Shown in pieces: positions 1 to 10,439 of a DNA stretch of 64,000 nucleotides. The translations under genes and the position numbers were made by a program. Numbering within the stretch: position 1 is the first letter of the stretch; every line of letters starts with the position of its first letter. The notes beneath the pieces were generated by a model. That model was given only the letters and a program-made list of their open reading frames with translations. It was not told the DNA's origin and did no database searches. This stretch comes from Schizochytrium sp. TIO01 (lineage: Eukaryota; Protista; Bigyra: Labyrinthulomycetes), in the NCBI GenBank assembly GCA_004764695.1, contig SMSO01000025.1, positions 3,906,001 to 3,970,000 of the forward strand, in the 5' to 3' direction.

Positions 1-407
1 AGGTCGCTTGGGACTCTGTACCTGGGGGCAGGTGGCCTTTCGTGACAGTTTGAAGGTGGCCTGGCTTGTCTCTCGCGCGGGCTTGAGAAACGAGGTGTCA
101 AGAAAGAGGGAATTTACTTCTTTCTTTCAACTTAACTCTACATTACTGTGCTTGGAGAAGTACATCGGTTGTGCAGATATAAGCTTCGAGACTGCGCCTT
201 CGCGCACAATAGCTATTGTAACTGCATAGTTTTGCTTGTTCAAGTTTCCTTGCAAGAGAATTGTTCTCTGCAAAGATAACTTTAATCGATTCTGTGGTGG
301 TATTTTCTTGCAGAAAGCAGATACGACACAAATTCGTACTACTTGCCACATCAAAAGGTGAAGACCAAAAAACCTTTAAAAAGAGCGTCTGTCAATCCTA
401 ATACAGA

Positions 408-2672
408 ATGTCTGCTGCAAAGATGTACCTCATTGCCTACAACCTGGCGTCCTGCGCAGGTTGGGCTTACGTGTGGGTAGAGGTGGCCAAGGCCATCATG
501 AACGGCGCAAGCGCTGCTCAACTTTGGCAGGAGTCCTCAAACGTTCTTGCTGTGGTGCAGTCTCTCGCTGCGCTCGAAGTTCTTCACTCCATCATCCGCC
601 TTGTCAAGTCCCCTGTTATGACCGTTCTCATGCAGGTTTCTTCTCGTCTCCTCGTGCTTTGGCTTTACACCTGGCCTGCTTCTGCATGCCACTCTCACTG
701 GAGTCTCTTGCTTATGGTGGGCTCCTGGGCCTCTGTTGAGGTGCCGCGTTACCTCTTCTACGCGCTAAACCTTCTTCCTGCCTTCCAGGGCTCCAAGATG
801 CCATACCCTCTTTTCTGGCTTCGTTATTCGCTCTTCATGGTTCTCTACCCAACTGGAATCACTGGTGAGCTTTTGCAGATGTACGTCGCCCTCACAACTT
901 ACTACACCTTTGGCTCTGCCTGGGAGCGTCTCCTCTTTGTCATCCCAATCCTCACATACCCGCCTTGCGGCCCCTTTATGGTCTTGAACATGTGGAAGAA
1001 TCGCAAGAGTCAATTCCGCAAGCGCTCCCAAGAACTTGCTGCGGCTAAGGATGGTGGAGCCCCACAAAAGAAGGTGGATGGTCTCGTTTGGCCTGTCACA
1101 AACGATGCCACTGGTGAGCGTAGCACATCTGTTACTAACCAGAGCATTTGGGAGTACGCAGTTGCAAACGTTGATCCGGAGGCTGCCGCCGCTGTTCGCA
1201 AGACCCGCAAGTGGCGTTTCGGCTACATCAAGCACATTGAGACCCAGATCCGGGTATCTCTTCGGTCCAAGGAAAATGCTCTCCAGGTCGCTCGCGATGG
1301 TCTGAAGCGTGCTCACGAGGTTTTTGAGTTTGTGCGTGATGGCAAGGCAATGTCTTTGGCTCAAGCTATGGAGACTTACAAGGGAAGTTATGAGACTGGA
1401 TTTATTAAGGGAGAAGGCAAGCGCTCAGTAAAGGAGGCCCGTGTCTTGTACAACGGCAAGACTCTTGTAGGTGATGAGCTTGTAGCCCAGCTTGATAAGT
1501 GGGTTACTGAGGGCGTGATTGAACCCAGCGCTGGTGATGCCGTGAAAAAGTGCATTGAGCACCCCGAGTGGTACGACCTCAGCGACCGTTACTTTGTTCT
1601 CTTGGGTGCGACTTCTGCCATGGGTCCCCTCGATCTCTTGCTTCAGTGCGGTGCTAACGTGGTTGGCATTGATCTGGACCGTGCTCCGATCTGGAAGAAG
1701 CTTATTGAGAAGGTTCGTGCCTCCCCTGGTACTCTTACCTTCCCCCTGAAGAAAGCTCAAACCTTGCTCAAGACGGACGAAGAACTCTACGAAAACGCTG
1801 GTGCTAACCTTTTGGGAGCCACCCCGGAGATTGCCAACTGGCTTGTCGGAGTATGCCCTGGTAAAGACCTCACGATTGGTAACTACACCTACCTTGATGG
1901 TGCCCTTCATGTGCAGTTGTCCATTGCCTGTGATGCTATCATGCAAAAGGTCCTTGCCCAGCGCAAGACATCCACCTCCCTTGCCTTTCTCCTTACGCCC
2001 ACTGACGTGTACATGATTAACGAGGATGCTTACGAAGCGGCCAAGGAGAACTACAAGTCTGCACCTGCATGGCAAAAGCTCTTGGAGAAGATCATGGGCA
2101 AGAATGACATGGTTTCCAACGTGCTCAAGCCGGCTGAAGGCTCTGGCCTGAAGCTCAACAACTCTGTGGTGTCACACCAGGGTCCGAACTACTCTCTCGC
2201 CAAGCGTATCCAGCAGTGGCGCTGCTTGTTAGCTCATGAGGAGGGACATACTGTCGCTAGCAACGTTGCTCCTAGCACCAGCACTGCTAGTGTGACTAGC
2301 AACCCTCTTTTCGCTGCTGCCTATGCTGGATTTGAGCTCTTTAAGGCTCTGGAGGTTTTTCGTCCGGAAACTTCCTCTAGTCTCATGCTTGCTCTTCTCA
2401 TTAACGATGTGCGTAACCCCGAGAGTGTGGCAAACCCCAAGAGCACTGTTTCCAGCAAGATGAAGAATCCTCTCGAACTTTTTGCACACAATGCCGCTCA
2501 CGGTGGCTCTTTCCGCAGCCCTTACTCGATTGGTTCCATTGGAACTGTCTCCGTGCTTTACTACTTCATTTCCAACTACTGGTTTGTCATTACGCCAGTT
2601 GTTGGTGCTGCCGCCTACACAGTTAACTTTGTGGCCACCGGCGCTCACCCTGGCTTGAACGCCTCCAAGTAA
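408..2672 (+). CDS. 3-hydroxyacyl-CoA dehydratase (HACD/PTPLA/Phs1 family) fused to a large C-terminal Rossmann/SDR-like domain
   Basis: The first ~205 aa carry PTPLA hallmarks: YLIAYN, QSLAALEVLH, QVSSR, EVPRYLFY, WLRYSLFMVLYPTGITGE (Tyr and Glu spaced as the Phs1 catalytic pair). The following ~500 aa contain VLLGATSAMG and GPNYSLAKR (YxxxK) and end in a hydrophobic segment. Single 754-aa ORF with uniform codon bias. Confidence 0.88.
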   Translation: MSAAKMYLIAYNLASCAGWAYVWVEVAKAIMNGASAAQLWQESSNVLAVVQSLAALEVLHSIIRLVKSPVMTVLMQVSSRLLVLWLYTWPASACHSHWSLLLMVGSWASVEVPRYLFYALNLLPAFQGSKMPYPLFWLRYSLFMVLYPTGITGELLQMYVALTTYYTFGSAWERLLFVIPILTYPPCGPFMVLNMWKNRKSQFRKRSQELAAAKDGGAPQKKVDGLVWPVTNDATGERSTSVTNQSIWEYAVANVDPEAAAAVRKTRKWRFGYIKHIETQIRVSLRSKENALQVARDGLKRAHEVFEFVRDGKAMSLAQAMETYKGSYETGFIKGEGKRSVKEARVLYNGKTLVGDELVAQLDKWVTEGVIEPSAGDAVKKCIEHPEWYDLSDRYFVLLGATSAMGPLDLLLQCGANVVGIDLDRAPIWKKLIEKVRASPGTLTFPLKKAQTLLKTDEELYENAGANLLGATPEIANWLVGVCPGKDLTIGNYTYLDGALHVQLSIACDAIMQKVLAQRKTSTSLAFLLTPTDVYMINEDAYEAAKENYKSAPAWQKLLEKIMGKNDMVSNVLKPAEGSGLKLNNSVVSHQGPNYSLAKRIQQWRCLLAHEEGHTVASNVAPSTSTASVTSNPLFAAAYAGFELFKALEVFRPETSSSLMLALLINDVRNPESVANPKSTVSSKMKNPLELFAHNAAHGGSFRSPYSIGSIGTVSVLYYFISNYWFVITPVVGAAAYTVNFVATGAHPGLNASK

Positions 2673-3262
2673 TTTTTTTTCTGCAGACGAATTTCAATAA
2701 AATTACATTGAATCTTTTCTCTAACTTTGTCCTTGAGACACCACTGTTCACAATATACGTACACATGCATTTGAAGCTAGGAAACTACTCGAACTGTCTG
2801 AAATGTTTACGTGTTAGCTGCTTTCATAATACCAATGAAATTGAAAGCTTTCAAGCATATTCATTCTTCCAGAAAATGCATTTCCCATCCCATAGCTACT
2901 GCTTTGTGAACGCCGCCGGCACAAGGGATTCCAAATGCTTCATTTGAATTCGGTTAACAACAGTGAGCAAGCGCAGATTGCAAAGCACCATGATTTACCC
3001 GGTGGTATTAGTACTACCTAGTGAGTAACTAACAAAAGAGACATAGAACGAGCGAATTTTAATGAATGAATGATAAGAGCAACTCTCATTAACAAAAGGG
3101 AAAAAGCACGAAGCACCAGCGATTCACCGCTTCTGCAGCAGACCTTGTTAGGACTAGTGGCGTAGCGCACGCGATAGATCAGCTTAGCTTGACCTTGGAT
3201 TAATTGAACGCATAACTAGGGCCGTCCTTGGTCACCCCTTCTATTTTGCGAAGGACCGCACC

Positions 3263-4972
3263 ATGCTGCGTGGAGTTGGGGATGGCAGCGATGGGCTCTC
3301 TGCTGCACGCTATAAAAAGGATGTGGCCAAGCTTCGTGGTACACCAGCAGTATTCAAGGAAAAAATAGACTTCAGCAAAGCTAATGTTAAGTATGTTGAA
3401 CGCTGGATTGGCACTGAGCTCCGTGACATGCTCGGCTTCGAGGATGACATTTTGGCGGGAACTGTGTTGAACGAACTGCAGTCACAATACGCATCAGAAA
3501 ACGGTCTTCAGCCCAAGAAATTACAAGTTACCATCGCTGCTTTTATGAAACCTGAACAGAGCGCATCTTTCATGGAGAAATTGTGGACAATGCTTATACA
3601 GGCACAAACGGGATATAATGGCATCCCAGGCGCTCTCGCTCCACCTCCTCGAAAAAGCGCTTTCAATCGGGAAGAGCGCCGAAAACCTGACCTACGTCGA
3701 GACGAACATCGTCGACGCCGCCGGTCGAGGTCACCAGGGTCTTCCCAATACCCTTCATCTAGAGCGCGATCATATTCTGCAGATGATGAAGAGCAAAGGT
3801 CTCCTCGAAGAAGATCTCCACCTCCACCTTTGCAGGCACCAAGACAGCCGGAACACCGCGATCGCAATTCTCGCGAAGTCCCACCCGCACCCGCGCCCGC
3901 ATCCATGTCCACTTCCGCCCCCGCCCCTCATCCTCCACATGTACAGTCTCGAGATCCAGAACATTACCGTGATGATCATAGAAGGTACCACGATGGCCGA
4001 TACTACGATGATTACCCACAACACCCAACCCATCGCGATGACTTTTATGACAATCGAAACCGTGATCCACGCGGGTACCGCGATGACGACCGCTATAATT
4101 CTCGTGAATCTTTACCTTATCGATATCGTGATGATGGATATGATCGTCGTCCCCCTCCTGATTATTACCGCGATGACCGTCGAAGGTATGACCGCTATGA
4201 TGATCCAAGATATAACGACTATGGACGCAGTCCTTATCCTCCACCTCCTAGCTATCGCGACGACCCACGATTCAATCGTAGATATGACAGAGCACCTCCC
4301 CGTGAAGACGAGTTGGGTCGCCGACCTCGATACGCAGGCCCTGGTGACTACGCAGTAAATTCTGACCCTTACGGCCGCGTACCTCGTGACCAGGGTCGAC
4401 GCGACGAGCCATATCCACCTTATGGTTACCATCCTAACAATTGGGATTATGCCTCAAGGCGCGGTGACGACCACCAAACAAGAGATGATCCCAGAAACCC
4501 GGATAGACATATTGAAGGGCGAGAGTTATCAACTCGTGAGAAGCGCGCTCTTCGCCGGCGCAGGCGTGCAAACTCTGGAGACTCGTCCTCGTCTTCCTCT
4601 TCTTCCTCCTCCTCTTCTTCTTCTTCTTCCTCCTCTTCTTCCTCGTCCTCTTCGTCTTCATCATCATCATCTTCTTCGTCCTCATCATCCTCCAGATCGT
4701 CCAAGAAGTCTGCGAAAGATGCTGCTGTTAATAAGACCAAGAAATCCAAGAAATCCTCCGACGATAAAAAGGATAAGAAGAGCAAGAAACAGAAAAAGGA
4801 AGCGAAGGTAAAAAAGGACAAGAAGGACAAGAAAGCCAAGAAGAATGACAAAGAAAGGTCCCAAGACCAACCTTCTGCAACCGATGCTGACCCAAAACCT
4901 GATGCTGACCCAAAGCCTGATGCTGACCAAAGCGGAGTTTCCAACACTAGCATTGAGGCTGATAAAATCTAA
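3263..4972 (+). CDS. PWI-domain Ser/Arg-rich splicing factor (SRRM1/SRm160-like)
   Basis: N-terminal PWI-like domain (KIDFSKANVKYVERWIGTELRDMLGFEDDIL...PKKLQVTIAAFM...FMEKLWTMLIQAQ...GIP), then RS/RD/Y-rich low-complexity region, poly-Ser and Lys-rich tail. Confidence 0.85.
   Translation: MLRGVGDGSDGLSAARYKKDVAKLRGTPAVFKEKIDFSKANVKYVERWIGTELRDMLGFEDDILAGTVLNELQSQYASENGLQPKKLQVTIAAFMKPEQSASFMEKLWTMLIQAQTGYNGIPGALAPPPRKSAFNREERRKPDLRRDEHRRRRRSRSPGSSQYPSSRARSYSADDEEQRSPRRRSPPPPLQAPRQPEHRDRNSREVPPAPAPASMSTSAPAPHPPHVQSRDPEHYRDDHRRYHDGRYYDDYPQHPTHRDDFYDNRNRDPRGYRDDDRYNSRESLPYRYRDDGYDRRPPPDYYRDDRRRYDRYDDPRYNDYGRSPYPPPPSYRDDPRFNRRYDRAPPREDELGRRPRYAGPGDYAVNSDPYGRVPRDQGRRDEPYPPYGYHPNNWDYASRRGDDHQTRDDPRNPDRHIEGRELSTREKRALRRRRRANSGDSSSSSSSSSSSSSSSSSSSSSSSSSSSSSSSSSSSSSRSSKKSAKDAAVNKTKKSKKSSDDKKDKKSKKQKKEAKVKKDKKDKKAKKNDKERSQDQPSATDADPKPDADPKPDADQSGVSNTSIEADKI
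4582..4693 (+). repeat. Coding TCN trinucleotide repeat (poly-Ser tract of about 37 residues)
   Basis: Run of TCC/TCT/TCG/TCA codons inside the PWI protein. Confidence 0.9.
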
Positions 4973-5463
4973 ATTACCCTGTTACCTGCCCGGCCACTCT
5001 TTTTTACATCACTCCAGTTAAACCTTCCCAAGCGATCTAAGACGTTAAGTTCGCATCCCACTTCTTAAATTCCGAGACCTCCCTAAATACAGACACGAGT
5101 TACATGTGACCACCAGGAATCTAGAATGAATCAGTGCACTGTTACCTTACTCTGGTGTGTTTTGTTGCAAAACAGCACTATGCGTTTCTTCATTCGTTTA
5201 CCCTATGCCCTCTTCTCATCCAATACTCTCTTCCCCAGCTCATCTTCATATTGATTTTATCCGATGCGAGGATCACAATATCTATATTGGCAAATGACTC
5301 AAAAAACATTTAAAATTTAATAATAATGATAAGAAGAAGAAGGGGAAGAGTGAAGCTGATCTTCACTGTCCCTGGAGCAATTCCAGAACCGAATTGGATA
5401 TTGAGATCGTCGCAGAGCAAATCAAGGCTAGCAAGAGGTGCGAGAAGGGTGATTTGAGAAATC

Positions 5464-5757
5464 ATGAACGAGGAGAAGCCGAAGCTTGGAGAGGGTTCTT
5501 CTCCGCATGGCCATGAGCACAAAGTTGGTTTTGATGTGGAAGACCCCAAGGGCATGATGTCCAGATACATGCGCCGAAGCGAGTCAGGACGCGAACTGCG
5601 ACAGATGCACCGCGCTGCTGCAAGACAATATCAAACGATGTACGGATACACATTATTCTCCTTCTTTGCTATTGCAGGAGCCGCCTATGCCATTGGCTCA
5701 TGGGCGAAGAAAGAAGATGAAGCCCATGCGTTGAAGAAGGAACCGGAGAAAAAGTGA
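5464..5757 (+). CDS. Small single-pass membrane protein of unknown function (97 aa)
   Basis: ATG-initiated ORF with one hydrophobic segment (YGYTLFSFFAIAGAAYAIGSW) and a Lys-rich C-terminus, flanked by AT-rich DNA. Confidence 0.6.
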   Translation: MNEEKPKLGEGSSPHGHEHKVGFDVEDPKGMMSRYMRRSESGRELRQMHRAAARQYQTMYGYTLFSFFAIAGAAYAIGSWAKKEDEAHALKKEPEKK

Positions 5758-6321
5758 AGAAGGAACCGAACGACCCGACCACTTGATATTATTGAGTGCA
5801 CTCGTACAGACTGGGAGGGTGACTGCCATACATTATAGCAAGACCTTGTAAAGATGGAGGTCGCGACTTGAAAACGCGAGCATGTTTGCCAACTGCCTTG
5901 GTATATGGTGTATGATGATATTTTTTCTGTCTTTTTGTAGAAAGTTAATAAAAGCAAACGAAGCAAATTAACAAAATTAACCAAGATACCATGTGCCTGC
6001 CCAACTTCTTTACTACGCTGGTAGATTTTCATTCTAGCCTGACTGTTGTTCTAACATAAAACCTTGTATTTCATACGGTTCAATTCTCTCACAGGCTAAG
6101 GAAAAAAATAAGAGTCATTGTTTTTACTGCACAATCGTTACCTATAACAAGAAACTATCTTAAAAGGAGAGTGATAACATCTAGAAAAAGACTGAAAATC
6201 AATACATATACAAACAAAGCAAAATAACATCAATAAATCATATCAAGCATAATTAGCCTGACAACAATTCTTCAAAAGTGCTCTTGCTAAATATATAAAG
6301 AGTCAAAAGCTTTTCAACATA

Positions 6322-6960
6322 TTATTCAGTAGGCTTTGACTTAGGCACAAGTTGTATATGTATTCTCGAGACTGCACGAGATTGCAAGGTATTCGACGTC
6401 CCATCAGCCTCAGAAAAGTTGTCCACAACGTTTGTGGTGTCGGTAGTAATATTTGACTCAACAGGACAAGATGAAGCGTCTTGTACCCATAATGCAACTT
6501 CGCAAGCACTAGGAATGGCACCTCCAAGGCCAAAAATGTTTACAGGCAAACCTTGCGGTGCTCGCTCCTGTACTAGCTTAAGAACGCGCTGCTTGTAGGC
6601 ACTTTGCTTGCGTTTATCACGAGTCACATAAACATCCATTTTCGAATCTGCAGGAGGACGAGCAGCTGGAAATGTAGAACTCCGACGGCCTCTTTTCTCT
6701 AATTTTGCTATAGGTGCCCATGGTGTTGGTGTGATTATAGCATTGTCTGCTACAGATTCCGGTTTCTTGGAGGTTTTCACAGGTCGTGACGTTTCCTTTG
6801 TAGAAGCCTGCTCGCGAGGACGTTTTTTCGAAGAAGAAGATTTTTTAGCCCCTCTCTTGGAACGGCTTTCAGGTGATGTGGCTGCGCTACTCCCCATTAC
6901 TGCTGACTTTTTGACCTTCTTCTTTGCTGAAGCAGCAATCGCAGTCTCAGTGGACTTCAT
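6322..6960 (-). CDS. POP7: RNase P/MRP subunit Pop7/Rpp20 (Alba fold) with basic N-terminal extension
   Basis: DVYVT..., VNIFGLGGAIPSACEVAL, TTDTTNVVDNF and QSRAVSRIHIQL match the Rpp20/Pop7 pattern. Confidence 0.75.
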   Translation of the reverse strand: MKSTETAIAASAKKKVKKSAVMGSSAATSPESRSKRGAKKSSSSKKRPREQASTKETSRPVKTSKKPESVADNAIITPTPWAPIAKLEKRGRRSSTFPAARPPADSKMDVYVTRDKRKQSAYKQRVLKLVQERAPQGLPVNIFGLGGAIPSACEVALWVQDASSCPVESNITTDTTNVVDNFSEADGTSNTLQSRAVSRIHIQLVPKSKPTE

Positions 6961-7424
6961 GGCGACCCGTCTCCTCTGGTACTCTTTCTTGGGGAATACC
7001 CCAGGCCTAGTTTAATTTTAATTGGCAACGCCAAGCTTCTTCTATGGCCACAGAGTCTCTTCACAGGCTCCAGCAGTTCAAAGGCCCCAGAGATTTGCAA
7101 GTTCTGCTTGCGTCTCCTCGTTTCGTGCCCCTCGTCCACTATTTCGTTCTGTTGTCGATCAACTGATCAATCAAGATGCCCTACTTTATATATACAAGAG
7201 CTTATTCCATTGATATAGTATACTATTCACCTATAATCTAGTTGCAAAAAACTGAATAAATAGAGAAAAGGTCTATGATTTTCTGCTGTTACTCCTAGAA
7301 GCTACTTCCTTCAAATGGCAATCTTCACAAAGCTCTCCATCAGCAACGCCAAACTGCTTTCAGCTTGACCGCCACCACTGACGTAGAGTTCATCGGGGAT
7401 TAGTATTGTTTCTGTGGTATCAGG

Positions 7425-7775
7425 ATGGACGAGTCTACCTTTTCGCAGCTTTTGGGCAAGTTTGCCAAGGTCCGGGAGCCGGATTTTCAAGGCAACTCAT
7501 GCAGGGAGTACTCGCTTGAGGAGGCCAGGGCGTACCGCGCTAAGCTTGAGGCCGACCGTGAGGCCGAGGCTAGCAAACCACAGCGCAAAAATGTTGCAAC
7601 AGCCATCGATGATGAGTCGCGTGGATTTTTTGAGGCTGTTGCGGCAGAGATGCGCCAAGCAGGCGTCAAAAATGTGCCCGAGGTGCTCAACGAAATGCGT
7701 GAGGGATATTACGATTGGCTATGCGATTATAACCTTGAGGAGCTTGAGAACCTGATTGCGAACAAAAGCACATAA
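7425..7775 (+). CDS. Hypothetical protein (116 aa), head-to-head with POP7
   Basis: ATG ORF with coding-like composition and helical character (FSQLLGKFAKVREPDF; YNLEELENLI). Family not identified. Confidence 0.65.
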   Translation: MDESTFSQLLGKFAKVREPDFQGNSCREYSLEEARAYRAKLEADREAEASKPQRKNVATAIDDESRGFFEAVAAEMRQAGVKNVPEVLNEMREGYYDWLCDYNLEELENLIANKST

Positions 7776-8611
7776 TTGTCTTTCTACGCACCCCGTGAAG
7801 TTGCTCGTGTGTGTGTGTTTTGTTTGTTTTAATAGTAGCTTGCCAGATCCACGTGGAGCCCGGAGTCGGATATGCACTCTTCCTCTAGGATCGCAGCTCC
7901 ATGTAATTTTTCATCACGAGGAGCTAAGATGGTGTCTTCACTATGTTGATATGGTACAAGTACATGTCTGAGTTTTTAGCCCTGTGCTTCTTAATGTTAA
8001 GAAACCCATGTCCGAAGCTGCCAGATGAAAAAAAAATGATTCTTTGAATTGAATAATCTATAAAATAATGCCCTTTTTCTTTGACAGTTTACAATCAAAA
8101 CAACAGCAAGGAGTTGAACATCATGAAATGTATATGGAGAGCTGTCTTTGTTTTGCTTCATATCTTCAGTGTATCGATTATACAAATTAACATTCTTCTA
8201 TAAGAAATTTACCAGGCAAACTATTGCAACTTTCCAATTGGACAAGTCCCCAACATTGGCATGGCTTTCTTTTGAGTCAATATAATCTATAAATAAATTC
8301 TTGTTTTGCAACAAAGCCCAATTTGCAAGGTATAACACGACAAAAAAGTTGAAATGAAAAAGTCCATGTTACATACACGGCTTCGTATCACGGTGGTGTT
8401 ACACCTCGGTTTGTAAAAGTAATCCTTACACAACATAATATGTCTACGCTACAAAATGAACAAGGTGATTCAGGACAGACAGATCAATATGCTACAAGAA
8501 AATGTCAAGTGAATGAAACCAGTTTTGAGAAAGTACGAATCAGTCAATCAAGATACGCAAATTACAATTACGCAACAACAAAAAAAAATGTGCTATAATG
8601 CAGGGGTGCAT

Positions 8612-10030
8612 TTATTTACGGTTGGCCTCAATGTACTTCTTCATGCCCTCGAGGTCACGAGAGCCGTCGAAGTCAAGGATGGCAGAGGCATCAGAGCCAC
8701 CCTTGGGGATGAACTTGAGGGTGGGGAAGCCCTGGACGCTGACAGACTCAACTTCGTTGGCAGTGGCGTCGAACTTGGCAATAACGACATCCTCGTCGTC
8801 CTTGTAGTGCTCACCGAGCTTCTCGAAGTCCGGTGCCATCTTCTTGCAGTGACCGCACCACGGGGCGTAGTACTTGACGAAGACGTTCTTGGAGCCATCG
8901 AAGGCCACCTCATCGTGAGACTTGCCCTTGAGAATCCAGACGGCGTTGGCCTTGTCCTCCTCAGAAACGTCCTCGGACTTGAGGTCCGGGGAGATGGTGC
9001 CGGCGACGTGGCTGGCGACAAAAGACTCGAGAGCCTCAGCAGAGTAGGCACCCTCAAGCTTGTACTTCTTCATGCTCTCGCCCATAACGACGATGCGAGC
9101 GGTGGGGATGTCCTCCTCAGTCACACCAAAGAACTCAAGGATACGGTCATCAGACTTGGAGACAGTGACAAAGAGGTAGTCACCCTTGTGGCTGGCAGCA
9201 ACGGTGCGGGCAATGTCGATCTCAGCGGCGTTCTCCTCCTCAGAGTTGATGAAGACGAGGCAGTGCTGCTTGATGTTGCCACCAAAAATCTTCTGAGCGT
9301 TGCTCTGGGAGAAGGGCACAACAAGGGGGAGCATGTTGCCGGCGACGCACTTCTGGACAGAGTCCTTGGTGATCTCGCCCTCGCACTCAACACGGGGCTC
9401 CTCCTTGTCGTTGCCGAAGCTGCGGAAAACAACAACGGCGTCAGAGGCAGAGACGCCGGCGGCGGTCTTGACGGCAGCGTCAGTGGTGATACCGTAGAGA
9501 GCGTTCTCGTCAACCTCGGCAGCGTTGAGGAAGGCCTTGGCAGCATCAGAGTCAACGGCATCGAAGGCACCAAGCACAACGACCTCAGCCTTCTCCTTGA
9601 AGGCGGTGAGAGCGGCCTCGTCGGCAATGGTCTCGGCAGCAGGGCCGGTCTTCTTGGTCACCCAAGAGACAATGTCGTCCTTCTTGCGGCCACCGTTGTA
9701 CTCGGAGTCCTCACCGTTGATGATCCACTTGAGGGTAGGGAAGCCCTGGATACCGTACTTGCTGGCGAGCTTCTTGTTCTCGGTGGCATCAATAGCGACG
9801 ATGGAGAGACCACCCTCGATCTCCACACCCTGGAAGTGCTCGGCGGCCTTCTCGTACTCAGGCTTGAGGGCCTTGCAGTGGCCACACCAAGGTGCGTAGA
9901 ACTCGGCGAGGACGTACTTGTGCTGAGCGACGTGCGAGTCGAAGTCGTCGTCAGTGAGGTGCACGACGGCCTCGCCCATCACCATGGAGGCCAAAGAGGC
10001 CACCATGAGGGCAATAAAAGAGAGCTGCAT
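8612..10030 (-). CDS. PDI: Protein disulfide-isomerase (a-b-b'-a' type)
   Basis: Signal peptide from ATG 10030 (MQLSFIALMVASLASMVMG), two APWCGHCK active sites, two QGFPTLK motifs, very strong codon bias. The listed ORF start at 10090 is a non-ATG extension. Confidence 0.95.
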   Translation of the reverse strand: MQLSFIALMVASLASMVMGEAVVHLTDDDFDSHVAQHKYVLAEFYAPWCGHCKALKPEYEKAAEHFQGVEIEGGLSIVAIDATENKKLASKYGIQGFPTLKWIINGEDSEYNGGRKKDDIVSWVTKKTGPAAETIADEAALTAFKEKAEVVVLGAFDAVDSDAAKAFLNAAEVDENALYGITTDAAVKTAAGVSASDAVVVFRSFGNDKEEPRVECEGEITKDSVQKCVAGNMLPLVVPFSQSNAQKIFGGNIKQHCLVFINSEEENAAEIDIARTVAASHKGDYLFVTVSKSDDRILEFFGVTEEDIPTARIVVMGESMKKYKLEGAYSAEALESFVASHVAGTISPDLKSEDVSEEDKANAVWILKGKSHDEVAFDGSKNVFVKYYAPWCGHCKKMAPDFEKLGEHYKDDEDVVIAKFDATANEVESVSVQGFPTLKFIPKGGSDASAILDFDGSRDLEGMKKYIEANRK

Positions 10031-10405
10031 TATGAAAAGCGGAAAGGATAAAACCAAACTATCTACAAAGATCACCGCAACAAAAGCCAAGAATTAATCC
10101 ATCAATGTATGCACAGTGAAGACCAACACGAGCCCGACAAAGACACAATCAAATGGAACAGCAAACATCGGGAATCATTTCGGCGTAAGCGTTGAATGTT
10201 AGTCATCATGCAATCTTGGAGGGTATAATGGTGGAAACAGGCAAGGCTAAATGTTTAGTACATCAAGAGAGCCACCACCTTGACGCCGTTATTTGTTGTC
10301 TCAACCTCTGACTCTATCTGCTCATGGATCTTCGGGGAAGGCGATGTCAGCTGAGCGAAGAGACTATTCGAGAAGAAACAGCAGAGAATGAATGACTTAA
10401 GGAAC

Positions 10406-10439
10406 GACTGACAGACTGACTGACTGACTGACTGACTGA
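10406..10439. repeat. (GACT)n microsatellite
   Basis: gactgacagactgactgactgactgactgactga. Confidence 0.85.

Noticed and set aside
4447-4953. Antisense poly-Glu/Asp ORF and other ORFs overlapping the PWI gene
   Set aside because: Reverse-strand reading of the poly-Ser and Lys-rich repeats.
8513-10051. 512-aa ORF antisense to PDI
   Set aside because: Shadow ORF produced by PDI's strong codon bias; it mirrors the PDI frame and has no recognisable motifs.
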